From: Bacteroidota bacterium
GTDB lineage: Bacteria; Bacteroidota; Ignavibacteria; OLB7
Direction of reading: 5' to 3'
Length of the DNA stretch: 64,000 nucleotides
Assembly: GCA_018266795.1 (NCBI GenBank)
Contig: JAFDZV010000039.1
Coordinates: forward strand, 15,215 to 79,214
This document shows, piece by piece, positions 8,423 through 18,607 of this stretch (positions within the stretch are counted from its first letter, which is position 1; every line of letters begins with the position of its first letter). Under the pieces are notes generated by a model, which saw only the letters and a program-made list of their open reading frames with translations, was not told the DNA's origin and ran no database searches. The translations under genes and the position numbers were made by a program.

Positions 8423-11400
8423 ATGAAACGGAAGCTACTGGGCTTTGCTGCTCTTGCCTTCCTGGTTCCTGCTGTGGCTCTTGCTCAGACCTACGGCACA
8501 GTATCGGGAAAGGTAGTCGATGCAGACGGGAAGCCGCTTCAAGGAGCGACAATCCGTCTGGCCGGGACCACCCAGGGGGCGAAGAGCAAGAGTGACGGTT
8601 CCTTCATCATTGCCGGCGTGCGTGCCGGTGAATATGAGATCGACGCCTCGTACGTTGGCTTCCAGCCGTTCAAGGCCGCGATCTCGGTGTCGATCAACCA
8701 GAACACCTCGGTGACGATCAAGATGTCCACCAAGCCGCTGAGCGGCAAGGAGATCATCGTGAATGGCAACTCACCGATCGCCATCCGGCCGGAGAAGCCG
8801 GGCACGGTGCATGAGCGCTCCGGCCGCGAGATCGAGAACAGCTCGCGCACGTCGATCATCAGCGCTGTCGCGCTCTCCAGCGGTGTGACCACCCAGGGTG
8901 TGAACGGCTTCGCCATTCGCGGCGGCCGCGCCACCGAGACCTCCTTCCGCGTTGACGGCATCGATATCGGCGATCCGTTCACCGGCGGTTTCGGCAACAC
9001 CAGCGCATCCCTCTATCCAACTGTCTCACCGCTTGCCGTCGAGCAGGTGCAGGTGCAGACCTCCGGCTTCGGTCCCGAGTTCGGCAACATCCTCTCGGGC
9101 GCCGTCAACTCCGTAACGCGCAGCGGCAGCCGCGACCACTACGAGGGAAGCTTCCGCTTCCGCACCGGCGTCCCGGCGCTCTATGGCTCCAGCAGCCCGA
9201 TCACGGTGAAGAAGGTCGGCACGGATATCGACACCACGCTTCCAGGCGCGAAGCTCTCGGGCTCCGGCAGCAAGCTGTACGAGTTCGGCTTCGGCGGCCC
9301 GATCCCCGGCTTCGACAAGCTTACCTTCTACATCACCGGCAAGTACAATTCCATCCCGTACAGCGGCGCCAGCTACGATGTGTACGACATGTCGGACGAG
9401 TTCGCGCGCCAGCGTGCGCCGATCGCGCAGCAGGTGTGGGGATTGTCGCTCACGCCGACCAACCTCGGCCAGCTTCCGCATCAGCTCGCCATGGTGCGTG
9501 ACATCAACGGCAAGTTCAGGCTCGCCGTGACCGACGACATCTTCGTGGAGTTCGGCGGCGAGATCGGCCTGACCAGCAGCGAGAGCGGTGCCTGGACCAA
9601 CATCTATCAGTTGGACCATCCCACCTTTGCCGACGGCAGCGTGAACCAGAACATCCTGGAGCGCGACGCACAGCAGATCAACTCCAACACGATCATCGAC
9701 CGCGCGAACATCCGGTACTTCCAGAACCTGAATCAGGGAACGTACTTCGAAGTGCTCGGCTCATGGGTTCGCAATCGTTACGAGGCCGGCAAGAAGGATG
9801 AGAGCAAGAAGTACGGCATGTTCGATGCCTTCGACATCTATGGTCTTGACGACAAGAACAACGACATCGTTATCGACCGCTACGCGCTGCCGGAGGCGGA
9901 GCTTACGTTGAACCAGTATCTGGGGCAGACTGTGAGCGGCTTCGGACGCAACCCGATCACCGGCCTGTACGAGGGTGGCGAGGTTGGCGGTGCCAGCCGC
10001 AACCCGTACGGCCTGATCGACAACGGCAACTTCCCGGTACACGGCAACGATCGTACGCTGGAGATTCGCGAGTCCACCGTGCTCAACCTGAAGGGGAACT
10101 ACGAGACGAACTTCGACATGGGCGATGTCAAGACCCAGTTGAAGGCCGGCGTGGAGCTGAAGCAGAGTACGCTCAGCCGCAACATGAACAGCCTGCCGTG
10201 GGATCCGAACCCGTTCTTCGACGTGTACGGTTACGATGCGCTCTACTTCGCGCAGTCCGATACGACCGGAACGCTGCGTGACTTCTTCTCGAAGCCGTAC
10301 AAGCCGCTTGAGGGTGCCCTCTACGTTGGCGCACGCTTCGACTACAAGTCCATCGTCTTCCAGCCGGGTGTCCGTTTCGACTTCATCGATCCGAACACGA
10401 AGGTTCCGCCGTCCAGCCGCGGTTCCATCGGCCAGGTTGTCGAGGGGCTCAAGAACGCTCCGAACGCCAGCTTGAAGTTCCAGGTCAGCCCGCGCATCGG
10501 CGTGAGCTATCCGGTTACGGATAACTCCATGTTCCGCGTGAACTTCGGCGTCATGTTCAAGATGCCGGACTACAACGATCTCTACGACAACGCCTTCGGT
10601 GACGCGCAGCGCGGCAACCAGCTCTTCGGTAATCCGAACGTGGAGCCGCAGAAGGCATTCATCTACGAGATGGGCTACGAGGCCAAGATCGCCGACGAGT
10701 ACTACCTCGACATCGCGGCCTTCTATCGCGATATCTACAACCAGTCCGGCGTCACGTACGTGCCGGCCATCCCGTCGCCGTACATCGTCTACAGCGTTAC
10801 CGATTACGGCAACGTGCGCGGCATCGAGATCTCTGCCCGCAAGGCACTCTCGAACAACATCTCGGCCGAGCTGAACTATACCATCCAGAAGGCCGTGGGT
10901 ACGGCTTCCTCGCCGGAGGCGAACTACTCCACGCTGATCGGTTCAGTTGATCCGTACACGGGCGAGCAGCAGAAGCTGCCGCTGACCGAGTATCCGCTCA
11001 ACTACGATCAGACGCACGCGCTCAACGCCACGGTGAACTTCATCTGGGGCAAGGGCGAGGGCCCGACGGTTGGCGGCCTGAAGCTTCTCGAGAACTCCAC
11101 GATCGGTATCACCGCGACGTTCAACTCCGGTCTGCCGTATACGCGTGAGACGGAGAAGGGACAGCCCACGACGGAGTTCAACTCGCAGCGCTATCCGTCG
11201 CAGTTCAACACCGAGGCGCACCTGGAGCGCGGCTTCCGTCTCGCGGACCTCTTCGGTGAGAGCGTCGGCAATCTGGAGGTCAGCTTCTTCGCCGACGTAT
11301 ACAACCTGCTCAATCTGACTCCCGCCATCGCGATTCGTCTGTCGCGTGCACCGGGTGGCTCGCGCTACTCGATCACCGGCAGCCCGGACAACGACGGCCT

Positions 11401-11668
11401 TGCAATGAACCGGCAGATCGGTGACTTCATCGCGACGCCGCACTACCGTGATATCGATCCGAACCGTCCGGAGACCTGGGACGCCCAGCAGTACGATGCA
11501 TTCGGCACGCGGTACTACAATCCGTACGCCGATGCCAACCTGGACGGCGTGGTGACGCAGCTGGAGCGCTATGAGGGCTACCAGCGTTACATCACCACCA
11601 TCCAGACGCTGCGCAGCCAGTATGCCACGCCGCGTACTGTCTCTGTCGGCGTGCGGCTCCGGTTCTAA
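8423..11668 (+). CDS. giant TonB-dependent-receptor-like outer-membrane protein (carboxypeptidase-regulatory-like domain + plug + barrel)
   Basis: AAGGAG Shine-Dalgarno (SD) 7 nt upstream. Signal peptide. CarboxypepD_reg-like GKVVDADGKPLQGATIRLAG...GEYEIDASYVGF. Plug motif FAIRGGRATETSFRVDGIDIGDP. Alternating beta pattern throughout, ending in the terminal VGVRLRF. Confidence 0.85.
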   Translation: MKRKLLGFAALAFLVPAVALAQTYGTVSGKVVDADGKPLQGATIRLAGTTQGAKSKSDGSFIIAGVRAGEYEIDASYVGFQPFKAAISVSINQNTSVTIKMSTKPLSGKEIIVNGNSPIAIRPEKPGTVHERSGREIENSSRTSIISAVALSSGVTTQGVNGFAIRGGRATETSFRVDGIDIGDPFTGGFGNTSASLYPTVSPLAVEQVQVQTSGFGPEFGNILSGAVNSVTRSGSRDHYEGSFRFRTGVPALYGSSSPITVKKVGTDIDTTLPGAKLSGSGSKLYEFGFGGPIPGFDKLTFYITGKYNSIPYSGASYDVYDMSDEFARQRAPIAQQVWGLSLTPTNLGQLPHQLAMVRDINGKFRLAVTDDIFVEFGGEIGLTSSESGAWTNIYQLDHPTFADGSVNQNILERDAQQINSNTIIDRANIRYFQNLNQGTYFEVLGSWVRNRYEAGKKDESKKYGMFDAFDIYGLDDKNNDIVIDRYALPEAELTLNQYLGQTVSGFGRNPITGLYEGGEVGGASRNPYGLIDNGNFPVHGNDRTLEIRESTVLNLKGNYETNFDMGDVKTQLKAGVELKQSTLSRNMNSLPWDPNPFFDVYGYDALYFAQSDTTGTLRDFFSKPYKPLEGALYVGARFDYKSIVFQPGVRFDFIDPNTKVPPSSRGSIGQVVEGLKNAPNASLKFQVSPRIGVSYPVTDNSMFRVNFGVMFKMPDYNDLYDNAFGDAQRGNQLFGNPNVEPQKAFIYEMGYEAKIADEYYLDIAAFYRDIYNQSGVTYVPAIPSPYIVYSVTDYGNVRGIEISARKALSNNISAELNYTIQKAVGTASSPEANYSTLIGSVDPYTGEQQKLPLTEYPLNYDQTHALNATVNFIWGKGEGPTVGGLKLLENSTIGITATFNSGLPYTRETEKGQPTTEFNSQRYPSQFNTEAHLERGFRLADLFGESVGNLEVSFFADVYNLLNLTPAIAIRLSRAPGGSRYSITGSPDNDGLAMNRQIGDFIATPHYRDIDPNRPETWDAQQYDAFGTRYYNPYADANLDGVVTQLERYEGYQRYITTIQTLRSQYATPRTVSVGVRLRF

Positions 11669-11759
11669 TGCCCAGTGCCCATGGGGACGGGCATCCGGTT
11701 CGTCCCCATGGCTTCCAAAGTTGTGGACATAACAACATCTATATCGTAGAGGAATACAC

Positions 11760-14700
11760 ATGAACCTGCACACCTTTACCAGGGGGTTGCTGGCGGTACT
11801 TGCCGCTGCCGTCCTGATGGCGATTCCGCCAACGGTGAGGGGCGGAACTGCCGAGAAGCAGAAGAAGGAGGGGGGCGAGAAGAAGGAGGAGGTGAAGAAG
11901 GGAAGTACGATTCAGCGGGTGCCGCGAAATGCGTACGAAGTGATCAAGAACAAGGTGTCGAACATCGAGGTCTACTCCTCGAACTACGGCATCTTCGGCT
12001 TGAACGTTCAGGCCAATGCTGCCGGCGGCGTGTGGCCGCGCGGTTCGGGCCAGGCGTACATCTTCGGCGGTGGTATCTGGTTCGGCGCACAGAAGGTGAG
12101 GCCGAGCGGTGATACCAGTAAGCTCTGCGTGATCGGCTACAACCCGAACTCCGGCGCATCGTGGATGGTGCCGGGCGTTGTTACCGAGCCGCTGATCAAG
12201 TCGGTGATCGATGAGTCCGCGGATGCGGTCAACAAGTACCGCCTCTACTTCTCCACCGACTACAACAGCTTTACCGGCAAGGCGTTCGACGCCGCCGATA
12301 TCAGCGGCCCGGCATGGCCGATCTGGGATACCGATCCGAATGAGAAGCTGAAGTTCAACCGGTACTTTGGTAACTACATCGAGGATGTCAACCTTCGTTC
12401 CCGCGACAACTTCCCGAAGGGCCCGGCGATGATCTCGGGCGAGGATATCGTCTCGCTCTACAAGGACACGGACCTCGGCAAGTACGAGCGCATCGCGCGC
12501 GACTCCGCCATCAAGAAGGGATACCCGATCGGCATCCAGGTGCAGCAGACGATCTACTCGTGGGGCTTCGGCAAGTACGCCAACTTCCTGTTCATCAAGT
12601 ATTCCATCGTCAACAAGTCCGGCGAGAACCTGCTGAACTGCTACATGGCCCCGGCGCTCGATATGGATATCGGCAGCCCGAGCAACGACCACAACACGAT
12701 CGCCATCCCGAACAAGGATGACGACTCGCTGAACCTCGCCATTCAGTGGTCGGAGTCGGAGTCCAGCTCCAAGCCCTATGGCTACATCGGCCTGGACTTC
12801 CTCGAGAGCCCATCCATCGATGCACGCGGCTTCGTCCGTCACGACAAGCGCGTCTTCACCGAGAAGGAGCAGGTTGGATTGTCGGTCTTCCAGAATTGGC
12901 CGATCGAAGAGGATCCCACCACGCCGGAGGCCCGCTATGCCTTTATCTCCGACCGCACGCAGCGCGACGTGGATATCGGCCCGGGTGACCGCCGCTTCCT
13001 CATGTCCACGGGACCGTTCAACATGGCCCCCGGCGACACGGCTCGTGTCGTTGTCGGCATCATGTTCGCCTACGGTCTCGGCAATGTTGCCACCGGCACG
13101 GAGCAGGATCGCAAGAACATCTACGATGTCGACCGCTTCGCTCAGAAGGTGTACGACGAGAACTTCCTTGCGCCGGTTCCTCCCGATCCCGCGCAGGTGA
13201 CGTGGCACGGCCTGAACGGCGGTGTGGAACTGAGCTGGGATGATCGTTCGGAGCGCTCGCTCGACATGCAGGAGCGCGGCCTGGACTTCGCAGGCTACAC
13301 CATCAAGCGCGGCCGTCGCACGGTGGGCTTCTCGGATGCGGATTCCACGCAGGGGTGGAACCTGGGCTTCAAGACCATCGGCGGCTTCGCAATCCCCGCG
13401 ATGCCTGACAGCATCACGCGCTTCGTTGCCGCACGCCAGGCCAACCCGAGTCTTCTCGGCGCATGGGCCCGCCTGCCAATGCTCATGGACACGGGCACAC
13501 CGGGCGTCCTTGGCCAGTACTTCAAGTATCGCTACGACACGTTGAAGCGTCCGGGACTTTCGGACTCGATCGTGCGCAGCGCGAAACCCACGGACACGGT
13601 GGCGATCGTGAATCTGAAGTTCGATCCGTATGACGATTCGAACGACGATTCCACGCTCTACAACGATGGCCGCTACGGCGACAAGTTCAAGAACAAGGCG
13701 ATCCGCGACATCGTGCGTGATGCCATCAGCGATATCATGGACAGTGTCACCAACGGACGCCACTTCATCGATGTCGGCGACGACAACGGCGACGGCTCGA
13801 TTACGTCGAACAGCACCGATCTCTCGCAGAACGAGCGCCTGATCAACAATGTCGATTACTACTATCAGGTGCTTGCGTACGATGCGGGCAGCGTTGAAGG
13901 AACGCCGTCGAAGACGAACTCCGCGATTGCCGGCATCAACGAGGTGCGAGCAACGCCGGAGGGAGTTCAGGCCGGCGCTTCGGTCACTCCGGTGATTCTT
14001 CCGGCGGACGGTCTGGGCGGCATTCACAACTTCCGTTTCAACGTGCTGGACAACCAGCGCCTGAGCCAGATGTTCGCCGGCGATACGATCGACTTCGTGT
14101 GGGAGCCGACACGCCCGACGTACTTCCTTCCGGACTCGCAGCAGAAGGCCGGTCTGTTCCTTCCGCAATACTTCTACGTGGACCGCGTGACTGCCTACAG
14201 CCGCAAGTCGAAGGGTGAGTTGATGCACTTCGCCGTTCAGTACGGCGACTTCACCGATCACTCGGATTCGTCCGCGTCGTTCCGGATCCTGGACAGCGGC
14301 CTCACTACGCGTCTGACCGATACGGGCCTGTTCGTTGCCCGCAATGTGTCGGTGCCGTACAACCTCTCGTACGATGCCGATCCGCTGCGTCCGCAGTACA
14401 ACACGGTCGGGGCCTACAAGAACACGTTCAGCGTCGGCTTCGACTATGCGTTCACGCAGTTCGGCGACTCGCTTCGCATGGGCGTGTTCGGTGATTCGAC
14501 TTTCAAGAAGAGCCCGTTCCAGATCAATGCTCCGGGCGGTGCCAATGCGAACCTGGTGGCCGGCCGTTCGGTTGTCAGCCAGAATGCGAGCGTGGCCCGC
14601 AGCGTTGAACTGCAGGGCATCCCGAGTATCGGGCAGCCGAAGCTGGAGATCGAGTTCGCACCGGGCGGCACCGAGACGATCACGATAAACAAGAACAACA

Positions 14701-15671
14701 AGGACTATCAGGTCCCTGTCAACTATCTGACCGTCAAGGTGCGCAACGTTGCCTCGTTCAACCGTACCGAGTACGATGCCAGCGGGAATCCTGTAGCCGT
14801 GCCCGTTCAATACAACTACGAGTTCACGCAGGATCCGCTTTCGAAGCTGAAGGCCGATACCACGAACGTGTCGATCGAGATCTCTCGCGTGATCAGCCGC
14901 AAGGAGTATGCACTCTATGCGTTCGGCTGGTTGAATGCGGACAAGATCGATTCGGCCACACGCCGCAATCAGTTTGCACGCGGCCGCCTGCTCGTGGGCA
15001 TTCCGGGATACAAGTCGGCGATCGGCACGCCTGGACGGTACTACTACGGTACCTACACGCTGCCGGGCACCGACACCACGCTTCGTTTCACGCACAGCGT
15101 GGTGGTGAACGGATCGGAGATCTACGTCGACTATGCGGGCATGGGCTCCATCGAGTCGCGCGTGGTTCCGTCCAACATTCCGAGCACGGTACCGAGCACG
15201 GACTTCCAGGCCGGCGACAAGTTCCAGGTGAGCTTCACCGGCGGAACGCTTGGCCTGCCGCAGCCCGGCGCCAAGGTGAGCGTGGCAATCCCCGATGCGA
15301 GCGTCAAGCTCGATCAGATGACCGACGGTGTTCTCGATCAGGTGAACATCGTACCGAATCCGTATCTCGTGGATCATATCGCTCAGCCCACGAACACTGA
15401 TCGCCGTCTGTTCTTCACGCATCTGCCGTCGAAGTGCACGATCCAACTCTATACCGAATCGGGCGAGCTTCTGCAGACGCTCGATCACGACGCAACCACC
15501 GGCAACGGTGAGAACGAGCGTGTGGGTGTGGAGGTGTGGGATCTGCTGACGAAGGCGAATCGTCAGGCACAGAGCCAGTTGATCATTGCACGCATCTCCA
15601 CTCCGAACGGTGCCGAGACCATCAAGAAGGTCGCGATCGTTGTGGGTGGTTATCGCCTCAACAGCCGCTGA
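11760..15671 (+). CDS. 1303-aa secreted protein with T9SS-type C-terminal sorting domain
   Basis: Signal peptide (LLAVLAAAVLMAIPPTVRGG). The last ~100 aa, VNIVPNPYLVDHIAQ...LFFTHLPSKCTIQLYTESGELLQTLDH...VWDLL...IIARISTPNGAETIKKVAIV, follow the PNP / xIxIYdxxGxLV / WDG-like pattern of T9SS C-terminal sorting domains (CTDs). I recognise no catalytic motif in the body. Confidence 0.8.
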   Translation: MNLHTFTRGLLAVLAAAVLMAIPPTVRGGTAEKQKKEGGEKKEEVKKGSTIQRVPRNAYEVIKNKVSNIEVYSSNYGIFGLNVQANAAGGVWPRGSGQAYIFGGGIWFGAQKVRPSGDTSKLCVIGYNPNSGASWMVPGVVTEPLIKSVIDESADAVNKYRLYFSTDYNSFTGKAFDAADISGPAWPIWDTDPNEKLKFNRYFGNYIEDVNLRSRDNFPKGPAMISGEDIVSLYKDTDLGKYERIARDSAIKKGYPIGIQVQQTIYSWGFGKYANFLFIKYSIVNKSGENLLNCYMAPALDMDIGSPSNDHNTIAIPNKDDDSLNLAIQWSESESSSKPYGYIGLDFLESPSIDARGFVRHDKRVFTEKEQVGLSVFQNWPIEEDPTTPEARYAFISDRTQRDVDIGPGDRRFLMSTGPFNMAPGDTARVVVGIMFAYGLGNVATGTEQDRKNIYDVDRFAQKVYDENFLAPVPPDPAQVTWHGLNGGVELSWDDRSERSLDMQERGLDFAGYTIKRGRRTVGFSDADSTQGWNLGFKTIGGFAIPAMPDSITRFVAARQANPSLLGAWARLPMLMDTGTPGVLGQYFKYRYDTLKRPGLSDSIVRSAKPTDTVAIVNLKFDPYDDSNDDSTLYNDGRYGDKFKNKAIRDIVRDAISDIMDSVTNGRHFIDVGDDNGDGSITSNSTDLSQNERLINNVDYYYQVLAYDAGSVEGTPSKTNSAIAGINEVRATPEGVQAGASVTPVILPADGLGGIHNFRFNVLDNQRLSQMFAGDTIDFVWEPTRPTYFLPDSQQKAGLFLPQYFYVDRVTAYSRKSKGELMHFAVQYGDFTDHSDSSASFRILDSGLTTRLTDTGLFVARNVSVPYNLSYDADPLRPQYNTVGAYKNTFSVGFDYAFTQFGDSLRMGVFGDSTFKKSPFQINAPGGANANLVAGRSVVSQNASVARSVELQGIPSIGQPKLEIEFAPGGTETITINKNNKDYQVPVNYLTVKVRNVASFNRTEYDASGNPVAVPVQYNYEFTQDPLSKLKADTTNVSIEISRVISRKEYALYAFGWLNADKIDSATRRNQFARGRLLVGIPGYKSAIGTPGRYYYGTYTLPGTDTTLRFTHSVVVNGSEIYVDYAGMGSIESRVVPSNIPSTVPSTDFQAGDKFQVSFTGGTLGLPQPGAKVSVAIPDASVKLDQMTDGVLDQVNIVPNPYLVDHIAQPTNTDRRLFFTHLPSKCTIQLYTESGELLQTLDHDATTGNGENERVGVEVWDLLTKANRQAQSQLIIARISTPNGAETIKKVAIVVGGYRLNSR

Positions 15672-15782
15672 TTCAGGCTTCGTGCCCGTCCCCGGCGCAA
15701 CGTTGTTGCAGCCGGGGATGCGGCGCGGCGGCCGATCGGTCTCGCTCTTTGCTACGTGAAGAAATAACCTGGAGATAGAACA

Positions 15783-16835
15783 ATGAAAAAGCTCTACGGG
15801 TTCGGTCTGGCGGTGGCGCTCTGTGTAGGCGCGTGCACCTCCACGCTGATTGCCCAGGATAATAGTGGGAACGTCAACTCGGCTCCGCGCGACTTCTCGA
15901 AGATCGGTGCGGGTCTGGGCAACTTCCTGAATATTCCCGTAGGTGCTCGTGCCATCGGCATGGGCGCCTCGTTTACCGGCGTGGCGGATGATCCCACGGC
16001 GCTCTACTGGAACCCGGCCGGGATCATGCAGGGGAAGGGCGCGAGTGCGAACTACAGCTTCGCATCGCTCTTCGCCGGCATCACACACAACTTCGCCGGT
16101 GTCACGATTCCGATCGGCGAGTCGTACAAGGCCGGCGTCAGCGCGGTGAGCTACGGCTCCGATGATATCCCGGTCACCACCCTCTTCCAGCAGGATGGAA
16201 CCGGCGAGCGCTATCAGGTGCGCGATCTGGCACTGGGCCTCACCTTCGCAGGACAGCTTACCGAGCAGTTCTCGTTCGGCATTACCGGCAAGTTCGTGAA
16301 CCTCGCATTCGCGACGGAGTCCGCAAGCGGCGTTGCGTTCGATGTCGGTACGCTGTACAAGCCCGGTATCCTGGGCCTTCGCCTTGGATTCGCCGTGCAG
16401 AACCTCTCGACGCCGATGAAGTACACGGGCAATGGTCTCGTGCAGACCGGTGGGTTCAACCAGACCACCGGCTATCAGAATCCTGATGTGCAGCTCGAAG
16501 CAACCGAGGCCTCGCTTCCGCTCACCTTCCGTGCCGGTCTTGCGGCCGACGTGCTCGAAGGCGACGAAATGCAGAAGCTGCTGGTGAGCACGGAGTTCTC
16601 CACGGCCTCCGATCGCGGCGAGTTTGCCTCGCTCGGTGCGGAGTACACCTGGAACAACCTGCTCAGCGCCCGCGCCGGCTATCAGTTCGGCTCCAGCGAA
16701 GCATATGGAATCAGCGCCGGTCTCGGTATCCGGTATCAGACCGGTGGTTTCCTTGGGCAGATCGATTACGCAATCCGTCCTCACAAGACGCTTGGTCTCG
16801 TGAACCAGATTTCGGCATCGGTCTGGTTCAACTGA
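15783..16835 (+). CDS. PorV/PorQ-family (FadL-like) outer-membrane beta-barrel
   Basis: Signal peptide. N-terminal motif GNFLNIPVGARAIGMGASFTGVADDPTALYWNPAGI is characteristic of PorV/LptO-type T9SS shuttle barrels and the UPF0164 family. Beta-strand periodicity runs to the C-terminal SASVWFN. Confidence 0.65.
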   Translation: MKKLYGFGLAVALCVGACTSTLIAQDNSGNVNSAPRDFSKIGAGLGNFLNIPVGARAIGMGASFTGVADDPTALYWNPAGIMQGKGASANYSFASLFAGITHNFAGVTIPIGESYKAGVSAVSYGSDDIPVTTLFQQDGTGERYQVRDLALGLTFAGQLTEQFSFGITGKFVNLAFATESASGVAFDVGTLYKPGILGLRLGFAVQNLSTPMKYTGNGLVQTGGFNQTTGYQNPDVQLEATEASLPLTFRAGLAADVLEGDEMQKLLVSTEFSTASDRGEFASLGAEYTWNNLLSARAGYQFGSSEAYGISAGLGIRYQTGGFLGQIDYAIRPHKTLGLVNQISASVWFN

Positions 16836-16894
16836 TCCAACCGCTGCATGCGCGTTTCCAACGTCATGCATTGCTGAGACAGACGTGAAACGAT

Positions 16895-16958
16895 CCGCGG
16901 GCCGGCTTCAGATGTGGCGAAGAGCATGTCTCTCTTGCGGCCTCTGAAGCGGCCCGCG
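16895..16958 (+). terminator. imperfect long hairpin after the PorV-family gene (possible terminator)
   Basis: CCGCGGGCCGGCTTCAGA (16895-16912) pairs, with bulges, with TCTGAAGCGGCCCGCG (16943-16958). TGTTT follows. The loop is large, so this is a weak call. Confidence 0.35.
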
Positions 16959-17080
16959 ATTGTTTAGCGGGTCGTGCCGGATACCCGTCCTGCATTGCCT
17001 TGCCGCTCGATCCATGCTAACATTGTACTGTCTGTCCTGACCCGGTACGTTCTGCGGAATTCTTTGTCGGAGAGAGAGCC

Positions 17081-18529
17081 ATGAACCGCACAACCCTGCT
17101 TCTGTTCCGCCTGTTGGCCCCGGCACTTCTTGCCGCGGCGCCGCTGGTGCCTCTGGCGGCTCAGCCCACCCCTATGGGATTGGCAGTTTCTCACAGTTGC
17201 TTTGCATACAACGACTCCGCGGCAGCGGTGGAGTTCGATATTCAGTTCTCCAGCAATGCGCTCACCTACAGGCAGGAAAAGGATGGGACGATTGGAAAGC
17301 TCTATGCACATCTGATCTTCACGCCGGAGAACGCCACCGGCGAACCGCTCGGGGTGGATTGGGTAACGGCCGTGGCGAAGCCTGCTGCAGGCTCCGCCGG
17401 GGAGGCCATGGGAACCGTACGGAGCGTGTTGCTGGCACCGGGCAATTATTCCGTTCTGCTCTATGCGGCCGACGCCGGGGAGAAGACGCATGCCGATTCG
17501 GTGAGCTTCACCGTAACGGTGCCTTCATTCAGCGGGCACAGCCTGAAGCTGAGCGATGTTCAGTTCGTTGCAGACGCCGTTCCGAGCGAGGATGCCGCCA
17601 ACCCATACTTCAAGAACGGCTATCTGATCACGCCTGTCGTTGTGCCGGAGATGGGGCCTCCGTTCCTTTCGCTGAACACCTACGTCGAGGTCTACAATGC
17701 CGATGCGGTCATGTCGCCCGAGGTGCATCTCAGCTACAAGCTTGCGAACAAGAACAAGGTGATCTTCTACGAGCGTCAGGTAACGCTCCCGAAGACCGGC
17801 AACCACAGCACGGTGGACATTCAGGCCTTTCCGTTGGACTCGATGCCGAGCGGTGAATACTTCGTTCTGGTGCGCGCTTACAACGATGCCGAGCGGATGC
17901 ACGCGAAGGATTCCGTCTCCGTCTATCGTGCGTTCAGCATATCGAACCCTGCGTTCGACAGCACGATCGCACCCGCGCTCTCGGCTGCAGCTCCGACGAA
18001 ACGGCAGGTGGTGGAGATCATCGATCCCATCTACGCGGGTATGAGGGAGTCTGAGCTCGACGAGGAATACGCCAAGGTCCGCTACATTGCCTCCGAGCCG
18101 GAGAAGCGTCTTTGGGAGAGCCTGAGCGGCGCCGATGCGAAGGCGCGCTTCCTTACGGCATTCTGGGGCGCGCGTGATAGAACACCGGGTACGCCGGAGA
18201 ACGAGGAGCGCGATGCCTACTACAAGAGGGTGGAGGAGGCGCGCAGCCTGTACAGTGCGCCGATGACGCCGAAGGGTTGGGACAGCGATCGCGGGCGCGT
18301 GCTGTTGCAGTACGGCAAGCCGGACAACGTGGACCGACACTATCAGGATTTCAACCGGAAGCCGTACGAGATCTGGACGTACAGCGGCCTGAATTACACG
18401 TTCGTCTTCCTGGATCGTCCACAGACGGGTCTCTACAAGCTGGTGCATTCCACCGCGCCGTCGGAGGTACATTACGAGAACTGGGAAACGGACTACGCGC
18501 CGCTCAGCAAGAACTGGAACGATCAGTAG
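17081..18529 (+). CDS. GWxTD domain-containing protein
   Basis: Signal peptide. C-terminal PKGWDSDRGRVLLQYGKPDNVDRH...PYEIWTYSGLNYTFVFLDRPQTGLYKLVHS matches the GWxTD domain pattern (GW-x-[TS]D-RG...YG.P...E.W.Y). Confidence 0.85.
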   Translation: MNRTTLLLFRLLAPALLAAAPLVPLAAQPTPMGLAVSHSCFAYNDSAAAVEFDIQFSSNALTYRQEKDGTIGKLYAHLIFTPENATGEPLGVDWVTAVAKPAAGSAGEAMGTVRSVLLAPGNYSVLLYAADAGEKTHADSVSFTVTVPSFSGHSLKLSDVQFVADAVPSEDAANPYFKNGYLITPVVVPEMGPPFLSLNTYVEVYNADAVMSPEVHLSYKLANKNKVIFYERQVTLPKTGNHSTVDIQAFPLDSMPSGEYFVLVRAYNDAERMHAKDSVSVYRAFSISNPAFDSTIAPALSAAAPTKRQVVEIIDPIYAGMRESELDEEYAKVRYIASEPEKRLWESLSGADAKARFLTAFWGARDRTPGTPENEERDAYYKRVEEARSLYSAPMTPKGWDSDRGRVLLQYGKPDNVDRHYQDFNRKPYEIWTYSGLNYTFVFLDRPQTGLYKLVHSTAPSEVHYENWETDYAPLSKNWNDQ

Positions 18530-18607
18530 CGGATTCGACCAGCAGACCGAGAGCCAACCTCCGGTGTAGCCGGCATTCCAAGAACCAGGCCATGTTCCAC
18601 GAGTCGA

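Noticed and set aside
11739-16871. 1710-aa minus-strand ORF spanning the antisense of two plus-strand genes
   Set aside because: Composition is Arg/Ala/Gly/His/Glu-rich with no motifs. It crosses the intergenic gap between two well-supported plus-strand genes, which carry a signal peptide, a T9SS CTD and a PorV motif. This is the typical stop-codon-poor antisense frame of a high-GC genome.
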